A stretch of 64,000 nt of DNA from a virus. The position numbers and the translations under genes were made by a program. This document shows, in pieces, positions 35,867-43,530 of the stretch (position 1 is its first letter; every line of letters begins with the position of its first letter). Location of the stretch: the IMG/VR virus record IMGVR_UViG_3300042880_000420, positions 32,001 to 96,000 of that record. One strand, given 5' to 3'. The notes beneath the pieces are model-generated. The model was not told where the DNA came from. It made no database searches and saw nothing but the letters and a program-made list of their open reading frames with translations.

Positions 35867-36451
35867 TTATGTCATATCAAATTCATCATAGCTTTCCATT
35901 AATAATTCAGTTTCTTTATCTTTTTTGTCTGTAAAGACTTGTTTTCTGAATAATCTTGAAACTCTAGCCATATTGTCAACAACAACATATTTCTTCCATT
36001 CGGTAGGATATGTTTTGCTGACAGTTCTTTTAAAATCTCTTAATGCAGTAAAACCCCACACTTCGTGAAATTTAAATCTGTATTTAGTTTCAAAATTTGT
36101 GTAAAATATTTTAGCTAAAAGCTGGTCAGATTCCCAATTTTGATGCTGCACTTTTACACCGTATTTTAAAGAGCTTTTTACATCGGTGTTTTGTCTTTTT
36201 TTCTTTTGACATGTACCAATGAATACATACCCAAGTTGTTCTAGTAGCTCCAGCCCATCTCTTTTTTCTATCACAGTTTTCCACAAATTTTCATTAAAAG
36301 TTTTAACAACTTCTTTAATTTGCTTATCTGTTAGATTTTTATATTCTTCTTTTTTTTCTCTGATTTTATTACAAAATTCAGCGTTTAGAATATTATATCT
36401 TTTAGCCCTATATCTAGGTGCATTAAGATCTGGCTTATTATAACTAGTCAT
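35867..36451 (-). CDS. IHF/HU-like DNA-binding protein
   Basis: Basic protein; LTDKQIKEVVKTFNENLWKTVIEKRDGLELLEQLGYVFI resembles the HU/IHF helix-helix-strand start; crAss-like phages carry IHF-like genes in the tail module. Confidence 0.55.
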   Translation of the reverse strand: MTSYNKPDLNAPRYRAKRYNILNAEFCNKIREKKEEYKNLTDKQIKEVVKTFNENLWKTVIEKRDGLELLEQLGYVFIGTCQKKKRQNTDVKSSLKYGVKVQHQNWESDQLLAKIFYTNFETKYRFKFHEVWGFTALRDFKRTVSKTYPTEWKKYVVVDNMARVSRLFRKQVFTDKKDKETELLMESYDEFDMT

Positions 36452-36458
36452 TACTGGG

Positions 36459-36495
36459 TATATTATAATTTACGTAATTTTTAATTATTTTCCTA
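36459..36495 (-). promoter_or_regulatory. Putative late promoter
   Basis: TAG-N20-TAAATTATAATATA upstream of 36451. Confidence 0.45.
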
Positions 36496-36511
36496 TTTAA
36501 ACTTTTAATAT

Positions 36512-37804
36512 TTAAAATAATATTTTATGTTCAAATATTCTATCAGTATTTTTTTCTACAATATCAAATGAACATCCAGCTTTTGTAGGTCCAAAGTTTG
36601 TTCCAATCCATTTAGAACCTCCAAACAAAGACAATGCATTTCTATATCTGAAGTTATATGATTGTTCTGAAGTGTTTTTATGAAGATCACCTTTTATAAA
36701 ACTTACATAAGAAACATCTGGATCTATTCTATTATACATTAAGTATTTATTAATGTAATTCTCTGTCTTATCATTAAGATGAAGAGGAAGTCCGTGTTTC
36801 ATATCTTCTGTATCTTTTCCATGAGATAACAAGAACACGTGTTTACCATAATAAATATGATCTATAAACTTCTCTTGTACAGATGTTTTAACATAGGGAT
36901 ATTTTGCATTAACATAAATCTCAAGTGCTCTACTTACCATGTAGTCAAATATGCCACCATGATTAGAACATGCGTTTGATATAATGTGATAGCTTTCTGC
37001 ATAATCACTTGTAAATACAACATCATAAAAGTTTTTTTCTACAGTAAGAACATTTTCAAATGCTTCTTTATCTGTCATATTTTGTGGCAGTTTATGCCCA
37101 CCTCTAGTAGTTTGAGCATTCATACCATCCATTCTATCTCCAAGATCTATAATGTATATATCACTAAATCTTTTATAAAGGTTGTGCAGATATTGTATTT
37201 CATACAACACATTATACATCCTAGATTTAAATGTTAAAAAATTGTAATTGTTCTTGTACATTGCTTCTACATCATCTACATAAGCTGAAATGTGTTTATC
37301 TGAAGTGTATACAAATAATGCTTTTTCATTAGTTATTTTAACAGAATCTGTTCTTTTGTGCACTTGCACATTACTAAAAACTTTATTTAATATTTCATTA
37401 AAATCTTCTACATTAAGTTCATTTTCTTGCTTTTTAGTAATCATTGCAGAAATAACCCAATAGTCATTACCATTGTTTTTATGTTGTTTATTCCAATAGG
37501 AAGAAAGCTTCCATTTGGTAATGTCAATCTTTAAAATTTTTTCTATTTCTTCTGCTGTTTTTGGCTCTTCTAAAGCAATTGCTTTAATTTTTGCTGTACC
37601 TTCAGATACATTTTCAGAAAACTCAATAATCTTTTCTTCTAATACACCTATATAGGAATTTTTTTCTACATCTTCAATTGTTTTATTAATAAAAAACTGT
37701 TTTCTACTAAGGTATTCTGCAATATTAATACCTAATCTTTTAGCGCATTCTTTATTAGATTTTTTAGATTTAATAGCTTTTAAAATGTCATTATCTGAAA
37801 TCAT
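36512..37804 (-). CDS. Calcineurin-like metallophosphoesterase with N-terminal HTH-like segment
   Basis: Metal-binding motifs SDKH, DLGDRMDG, SNH, SHGKD and GDLH in canonical order; N-terminal SNKECAKRLGI. Confidence 0.8.
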   Translation of the reverse strand: MISDNDILKAIKSKKSNKECAKRLGINIAEYLSRKQFFINKTIEDVEKNSYIGVLEEKIIEFSENVSEGTAKIKAIALEEPKTAEEIEKILKIDITKWKLSSYWNKQHKNNGNDYWVISAMITKKQENELNVEDFNEILNKVFSNVQVHKRTDSVKITNEKALFVYTSDKHISAYVDDVEAMYKNNYNFLTFKSRMYNVLYEIQYLHNLYKRFSDIYIIDLGDRMDGMNAQTTRGGHKLPQNMTDKEAFENVLTVEKNFYDVVFTSDYAESYHIISNACSNHGGIFDYMVSRALEIYVNAKYPYVKTSVQEKFIDHIYYGKHVFLLSHGKDTEDMKHGLPLHLNDKTENYINKYLMYNRIDPDVSYVSFIKGDLHKNTSEQSYNFRYRNALSLFGGSKWIGTNFGPTKAGCSFDIVEKNTDRIFEHKILF

Positions 37805-37820
37805 ATATTTATATTTTATA

Positions 37821-37850
37821 TAAAGGTAAATAATATTTTTAAAATATCAA
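37821..37850 (-). promoter_or_regulatory. Bacteroidota-type promoter for the phosphoesterase gene
   Basis: Minus strand TTG-N19-TACCTTTA, one mismatch from the Bacteroidota primary-sigma consensus TTG-N(~19-21)-TAnnTTTG. Confidence 0.5.
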
Positions 37851-37880
37851 TACTTCAATGTTTGAAATGTGTTTATAATT

Positions 37881-37912
37881 AAAGACCCCAGTTAAGAATA
37901 ACTAGGGTCTTT
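37881..37912 (-). terminator. Intrinsic terminator-like hairpin
   Basis: Minus strand AAAGACCCTAGTTA-ttct-TAACTGGGGTCTTT followed by AATTAT; one U-G wobble that works only in the minus-strand RNA. Confidence 0.6.
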
Positions 37913-37936
37913 GCCAGAAAACCAACAAACTGACAA
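37911..37936 (-). ncRNA. Candidate regulatory RNA hairpin with UUUGUUGGUUUU loop
   Basis: Minus strand TTGTCAG-TTTGTTGGTTTT-CTGGCAA: 7-bp stem with one G-U pair, directly followed by the terminator hairpin, inside a ~290-bp non-coding gap. Confidence 0.35.
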
Positions 37937-38096
37937 TTTTTTAAAAATGATTAAGTTATTTCAATACATGGTTAAGGTGGGTTTTATACTTTCACCATTG
38001 TAAATAATGTATAAGCACTTGTTCTCATAGAGGGTTTTGCTTTAATATTGTTTTAAAATTTATTTTTATAAAATGACGTAATATATTTTTTATAAA

Positions 38097-38360
38097 TTAG
38101 GGATATATTACTGTTTGCCAAGACCCGCCAACAAACGTATATAATACATTAGTAGAAGTATCAAGTCCAAGTCTTCCTTCAACTATATTAGTTATGGGAA
38201 AAATAGATACAGATGCTCCTGTAATCAAAGAAATACTATCCAGTGTATTTGATGTGTTTTCTATATCAGCAATAAGTTTATTAACAACAGCAATTCTGTT
38301 ATTGATATCTTTTGCAGTTGCAAAATATGAATTTTTACTTAAATTTTTTATTCCAGACAT
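38097..38360 (-). CDS. Small fibre-associated structural protein
   Basis: Coiled coil followed by EGRLGLDTSTNVLYTFVGGSW, a fibre 'G-x-x-x-x-D-T...Y...W' repeat unit. Confidence 0.45.
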   Translation of the reverse strand: MSGIKNLSKNSYFATAKDINNRIAVVNKLIADIENTSNTLDSISLITGASVSIFPITNIVEGRLGLDTSTNVLYTFVGGSWQTVIYP

Positions 38361-38372
38361 TTCTTTATATTT

Positions 38373-39890
38373 TTATGTTATTGGAGCACATGGATCGCAA
38401 GGGCATGCTGTAACACAAAACTGTGCATTTAAATATTGTGTATTTTTAATTGTATTGAGCATGTCTAAAATGTATTGTTTAGAAAAAACACTACATAAAG
38501 ATGAATTAATATTTTCTAATATTTCTATACTATTAGGATTTTCAATTTCTAATTGATTATTATTTGTAACAAATAAATTATTATTTTCACATGTTGCATT
38601 TAAATTTCCTACATATACTGCGCATTCAGCAGGAATATAATAAGCACATCCTTCAGTATCACATTGTACAACAGGATCTTGTGGATTACAATCTTCTGTA
38701 TAAGGATTACATGGTAAAGTGCTAAATATCTCTACATCTCCGTATAATGTACTTACGCTATTTGTAGCAAAAGCTCGTATATAATATGTTTTGTCGTTTG
38801 TAAGACCAGACAATTTTGTAATAAATGGATTTGTTTGTGCATAATTAAAATCATTTATTACATTAGAATTACTTGTAGTAGGTAGTATTTGTGTACTACT
38901 CCAACATATTCCACGTGCTGTAATTGCTACACCACCATTAAAAACAACATCACAACCTGTAATAGCTGTATTACTTGTTATAGAATACGGAGGAACAGTA
39001 ATTACAGTGGGGCCTCCCAATGTTGCTACACTAAAAATTTCTCCATAAGTTGTACCATTTGTATTAGTAGCAAATGCTCTAATATAATAAGTTGTACCAG
39101 CTGTAAGACCACTAACTGTACCAGTAAATGCACCTGTACCAGTTCCCATTGTAGTGTTAGTAGCAGAAGACATATCTATACTAAGACTTCTTTGTATTCC
39201 TCTAGAAGTAACAGTAGAGCCACCACTTGCTGTAACATTACCACCAGCAACAAAAGATGTAGATGTTAAACTTGTTATTGTAGGGCTTGTAGTAACAGAA
39301 GGAGTAATAGAACTTGTAGTAAATGTTTTTACATCACCATATGATACTCCAGATATTGTCTCTACATAACATCTTATTTTATATATTGTATTAGGCAATA
39401 AACCTAATAAAATACTTGTAAACACTCCACCAACAGAAACATCAGTAGTTTTACTATCATTAATATCTGGATCTGGATTTGTTGATATATCCCAACATAC
39501 ACCTACGTTACTAATGGTTCCTACAATTCCTGTAAAAGAACCTCCGGAAATAGCAGTGCTAGATGTTATAGAACTAGCGGCAGTTGTTACTAAACTAGGT
39601 GTAGTGAATGACCACTGATTTCCATAATATACATTAGACAAAGCATCAATAATATATGCTCTAACATAGTATGTAGAACCTGCACTAAGAGATGTTAAAT
39701 TTAATGAGTAATTAGCTGTACTATTTCCTGCAATACTGTTTGTAGAATTAGCAGTGGTAGGATTACCAGTTGTATTCCAACACAAACCTCTAAATGCAAC
39801 AGTACCACTACCTATAATAGAGTTACCTCCACTAGTTGCACTAGTAGAAGTAATTGCTGTAATATTATTAGTGTTAAGACTGTATGCCAT
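38373..39890 (-). CDS. Fibre/adhesin with four FnIII-like repeats and a C-terminal Cys-rich module
   Basis: Four repeats of ITS.SA.SGG...RG(L/I)CW...L..L...T.Y.(V/I)RA(Y/F)...YG...F.T; Cys-rich tail. Confidence 0.7.
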   Translation of the reverse strand: MAYSLNTNNITAITSTSATSGGNSIIGSGTVAFRGLCWNTTGNPTTANSTNSIAGNSTANYSLNLTSLSAGSTYYVRAYIIDALSNVYYGNQWSFTTPSLVTTAASSITSSTAISGGSFTGIVGTISNVGVCWDISTNPDPDINDSKTTDVSVGGVFTSILLGLLPNTIYKIRCYVETISGVSYGDVKTFTTSSITPSVTTSPTITSLTSTSFVAGGNVTASGGSTVTSRGIQRSLSIDMSSATNTTMGTGTGAFTGTVSGLTAGTTYYIRAFATNTNGTTYGEIFSVATLGGPTVITVPPYSITSNTAITGCDVVFNGGVAITARGICWSSTQILPTTSNSNVINDFNYAQTNPFITKLSGLTNDKTYYIRAFATNSVSTLYGDVEIFSTLPCNPYTEDCNPQDPVVQCDTEGCAYYIPAECAVYVGNLNATCENNNLFVTNNNQLEIENPNSIEILENINSSLCSVFSKQYILDMLNTIKNTQYLNAQFCVTACPCDPCAPIT

Positions 39891-39892
39891 TA

Positions 39893-41368
39893 TTAAAGAT
39901 TAGTAAATGGTGGAATTAATTCTGGTGTATAAATAAATTTATTACAATCTAAATTTTTAATTTCTCGTTCTGTATACGGTGTTCCAAATGTACCATCATC
40001 ATTTAATGGAAGTCTTGGAGAAAGACCACTATAACAGTCAACATGTCCTGTTTCTGCCAGAATTAAAATTAAATAATTAAAATTATAATCAGTTCCTGTT
40101 AATGTAGTTGTTAATATAGTTGGTGTTGAACCATATGTACCAGTGTGTACATATTCCCATCCATATTGTGCAGTGTATACACCAGCTGGATCTTCTTTAT
40201 ACCAATGTACTGTATATGATGTAATAGGATAAAACCCAACAGGAATGTTTTCTGTAGTAAATGCAAAGTTAAGAGTTCCATCACCATTTACTGTAAATGT
40301 TGGAGTATTACTTTCGTTAATGCATGCTTGTCTACATGATTCTTCAGTAGGAGCTGTATAAAGTCCTACACCACAGTTTTCACTTACAACATCATAATCA
40401 ATTGGTTCTAAAGCATTATTAACTAAAAACCCAGAAGAACATTCTGAATTTAATGCATCTTGTGCTAATACACTAACCATCCAATTTTTATTACCTGTAT
40501 TGTCATATGGTGAGGTTACACTAACAACAGCTTCTCCTGTAGTGTCTGATGGAAAAATAATATCAGAACCCCATACAGCAGATGATACATTTCCTACATA
40601 ATAATAGTTGCCCGTATCTAATCTGTATATAGCAGCAGTGTATGTAGTTTTTGTTGCTGTAAATACAATAGGACCAACAACACTTTGTGATACGCTGACA
40701 GTCCATGAAACTCCTGCACCAGCAGTAATAAAAGTATTAGGAGCTACACCACTACCTGTAATCTTCATACCTACAGAAATAGAACCTACACCTGGAGGCG
40801 TTGTCACTGTAAGAGTTGTACCAACTATACCACCGCTAAATGTAATGCTAGAACCACCTATAACTTGATTAAAGTCAATAGTGATAGTATCTACACTAGG
40901 ATCAGAAATAGAATTGTATGTTGCATCTATTACAGATGGACATGTTAATGCACATTCACAATTACAATCAGAAATAATATTACAAAACAAAAGACTTAAT
41001 TCTTCATCATTTTGAATATTAGTTAATAATTGTGTAATAAAATCTTTAGAAAATATATAACAAAGTTGCTCATTAATATTTTCTAAAATATTAACAAAGT
41101 TTCTTTCTGTTGTAGATGACTCTTCAAGAACTAAAAAATGAATAACATTAGGATAGAGCATCAATGCTTCTGAACTACATTTAATATCCTCACCAGTATA
41201 AATTACACACTGTAATGGATAAAGCTCACTGCATGGATTTGGGTCTTCACATGTTACTGTAGGCATAACAATAGGATCTGGAGGACATACACAACTTGTA
41301 CAGTTGTATCCACAGCTTCCGCAATTTGTAGTTGTGCTAGTTGTTACTTTATTACAAGGACATCCCAT
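39893..41368 (-). CDS. Putative fibre/decoration protein with N-terminal Cys-rich module
   Basis: N-terminus paralogous to the C-terminus of 38373-39890; beta-rich remainder. Confidence 0.5.
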   Translation of the reverse strand: MGCPCNKVTTSTTTNCGSCGYNCTSCVCPPDPIVMPTVTCEDPNPCSELYPLQCVIYTGEDIKCSSEALMLYPNVIHFLVLEESSTTERNFVNILENINEQLCYIFSKDFITQLLTNIQNDEELSLLFCNIISDCNCECALTCPSVIDATYNSISDPSVDTITIDFNQVIGGSSITFSGGIVGTTLTVTTPPGVGSISVGMKITGSGVAPNTFITAGAGVSWTVSVSQSVVGPIVFTATKTTYTAAIYRLDTGNYYYVGNVSSAVWGSDIIFPSDTTGEAVVSVTSPYDNTGNKNWMVSVLAQDALNSECSSGFLVNNALEPIDYDVVSENCGVGLYTAPTEESCRQACINESNTPTFTVNGDGTLNFAFTTENIPVGFYPITSYTVHWYKEDPAGVYTAQYGWEYVHTGTYGSTPTILTTTLTGTDYNFNYLILILAETGHVDCYSGLSPRLPLNDDGTFGTPYTEREIKNLDCNKFIYTPELIPPFTNL

Positions 41369-41378
41369 TTCTTATATT

Positions 41379-42593
41379 TTATAATGTTTTAATAGATTGT
41401 GCAGTACAATCAACGTATGAAAGACTACCCACACTTGTAGACATTTTTACATAATATGTTGTAGCTGTAGTTAAACCAGAAATTGTATACGTAATTAAAT
41501 TAGTTGTTGGATTAATAAATGTCTGCGTACTACCTGCTACTAATGTTGTGCATGCAGGATCAGTAAATGTTTGTAATCTATACGTTACTACATATCCGTT
41601 TGGTTGAATAAAATAAGTTCCTGTAAATGATGTAGTAGAAAGTGCATTTAATGAACCCACTGTACATGCTGTAGCAATAGGAGATACACTAACAGTTCGA
41701 ACAGTATTACATACTAAATCATCATTTGTCAAACTATATGTTAATTGTAATGATAAAGGTGTATATAAATTAATATTTGTAGAAGATAAATCTATAATTA
41801 CACCGTTGGTATTTAAATTTGCTTCTGTAACGTTTACATTAACAGTAAATGTTTTAGGAACGGCAGAACCATCTGTTATTAATAAGGAACCGCCAACAGA
41901 ATTAACATCTCTAAATCCACTAGGAATTGTACAATTACCTACAAAAAATAATGTTAATCTTTTGTTTAAAACATCCGGTACCACAGTAAATGAAACAGAT
42001 ACAGAACTACAAGATGTTACACCTCTTACAGTGAGATAATTACTCATTGCAAGTCTCATATCATTTACTGTAATCCATAAATTTTTAATAGTATCAGCTG
42101 CGCTTGCAGGACTTACCACCCAATTAGGTACATCTGCCATTGTAGCATAAGGTGCAAACAACGGAGGTTGTGATGCTAATGTAGAAGGAGAATAGAGCTC
42201 ATCTTGAAATGTAGTTGCGGATACTAAACTTGTTGAATCACCCGTACCATTTTCTAATGTAAGTAATTGATTACCAATAGCTAATGTAATATCTTCTATG
42301 GAATGAACAAGACTATCACCCATAATACCTGGAAATGCAAAATCAGGAACTGGATCAACAGCTGTATACAGGTTATTTACACTTGTATTAATTGCTGTCA
42401 CTGTACTATAAAGACTATTTAAACTACTAATTAATTGTGTAATATAATTATCATGTTGTATAACCTTATTACCAATTAATCTTGAATAATCCAATGCTTG
42501 ATCTGCATCATTCAAAGGAAGTGTAGTAATAGCTGGATCAGGTTGTAACTGAGCTAATAAATTTACTAATATGTCTACTTTAGGTGTTGGCAT
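41379..42593 (-). CDS. Putative fibre protein (coiled coil plus FnIII-like C-terminus)
   Basis: Coiled-coil N-terminus; C-terminal TYTISGLTTATTYYVKM FnIII motif. Confidence 0.5.
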   Translation of the reverse strand: MPTPKVDILVNLLAQLQPDPAITTLPLNDADQALDYSRLIGNKVIQHDNYITQLISSLNSLYSTVTAINTSVNNLYTAVDPVPDFAFPGIMGDSLVHSIEDITLAIGNQLLTLENGTGDSTSLVSATTFQDELYSPSTLASQPPLFAPYATMADVPNWVVSPASAADTIKNLWITVNDMRLAMSNYLTVRGVTSCSSVSVSFTVVPDVLNKRLTLFFVGNCTIPSGFRDVNSVGGSLLITDGSAVPKTFTVNVNVTEANLNTNGVIIDLSSTNINLYTPLSLQLTYSLTNDDLVCNTVRTVSVSPIATACTVGSLNALSTTSFTGTYFIQPNGYVVTYRLQTFTDPACTTLVAGSTQTFINPTTNLITYTISGLTTATTYYVKMSTSVGSLSYVDCTAQSIKTL

Positions 42594-42871
42594 TAGGTAT
42601 TTTGTATTCTATTAATAATAGCTTGCAATACATTTGCAAGTGTTCTAGTACCATCTCCAGGTAAAGGAGATAAATCTCCTAAGTTTAATACAGATAAATC
42701 AAGTAATGCTTTATGATGACATACTTCTTGAGAAGTTTTAAACATAACATTACTCATTGTATCACCTGCACATTCTGAAATACAACATAAATCTGGACCA
42801 TCCCAGATAACACAGTTTGATGCAACTGGTGCACAACTGACGTCTCCTAAATTTGATTTAACTGGTTTCAT
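42593..42871 (-). CDS. Small Cys-rich structural protein
   Basis: CAPVASNCVIWDGPDLCCISEC shares the C-(V/A)-(I/V)-(Y/W)-x-G motif of its neighbours; TAATG overlap with the downstream gene. Confidence 0.5.
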   Translation of the reverse strand: MKPVKSNLGDVSCAPVASNCVIWDGPDLCCISECAGDTMSNVMFKTSQEVCHHKALLDLSVLNLGDLSPLPGDGTRTLANVLQAIINRIQNT

Positions 42872-42906
42872 ATAATATAATATACACTTTTTTTAAATAT
42901 TTTCAA
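42871..42906 (-). promoter_or_regulatory. Putative late promoter
   Basis: TTG-N19-TATATTATATTATA abutting the ATG at 42871. Confidence 0.45.
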
Positions 42907-42922
42907 AAAAAGTATTATTATA

Positions 42923-43198
42923 TTACTCTGCTCCCTTATTTAATGTTTCTAATATTGCACCTTTAACAAATAAGAATACAGTATCGTTAGTTTCTATAAA
43001 GTTATATAATAATCTTTTATCAGAATCATCTAAAATCAATTCATCTGAATTTTCTAAAGTAACGTACCACCCATAAGCTTTTATAGGATTTTCTATTTTA
43101 CTAGCTATTGCTAATATATTTCTTAAAGCTGTTGATAATTTCATACTTTCAGAATTATCAAATGTTTTAATTAGTCTACTAAAATTATATTTTTTCAT
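42923..43198 (-). CDS. Hypothetical protein (possible fibre assembly chaperone)
   Basis: 91-aa ORF directly downstream of the tail fibre; function inferred only from position. Confidence 0.4.
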   Translation of the reverse strand: MKKYNFSRLIKTFDNSESMKLSTALRNILAIASKIENPIKAYGWYVTLENSDELILDDSDKRLLYNFIETNDTVFLFVKGAILETLNKGAE

Positions 43199-43215
43199 TT
43201 TGTAAAAATAAAATA

Positions 43216-43509
43216 TTAAATAAATTCATAAATCAAATGTGGATAAGTTTCTAATAATTTACTTATTACATAATTTTGTAATGCGTTAATTAAATTTGTA
43301 TAAGGATTAACTTCTGATTCTTCATAGATTAAATCAGTAATATCAGTATAAGGAATACATCCTTTTACATCACCATTTAAATTTGTAATATTAACATCCA
43401 TATTTATTTTACCATAAGGTTCTAAATGTGGTACCAATACTAAAATAGGATTTTTAAATATTTGTTCATTAGTTGGATTTTCAAACAATCCTGTAATTTT
43501 TATTGCCAT
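43216..43509 (-). CDS. Hypothetical protein (possible fibre assembly chaperone)
   Basis: 97-aa ORF immediately after the tail fibre gene. Confidence 0.4.
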   Translation of the reverse strand: MAIKITGLFENPTNEQIFKNPILVLVPHLEPYGKINMDVNITNLNGDVKGCIPYTDITDLIYEESEVNPYTNLINALQNYVISKLLETYPHLIYEFI

Positions 43510-43530
43510 TTTATTTTATTTTTATGTTAT

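Noticed and set aside
37948-38030. Tiny ORFs in the 37805-38096 gap (e.g. plus-strand MIKLFQYMVKVGFILSPL, minus-strand MRTSAYTLFTMVKV)
   Set aside because: Under 20 aa with no supporting motif; expected by chance.
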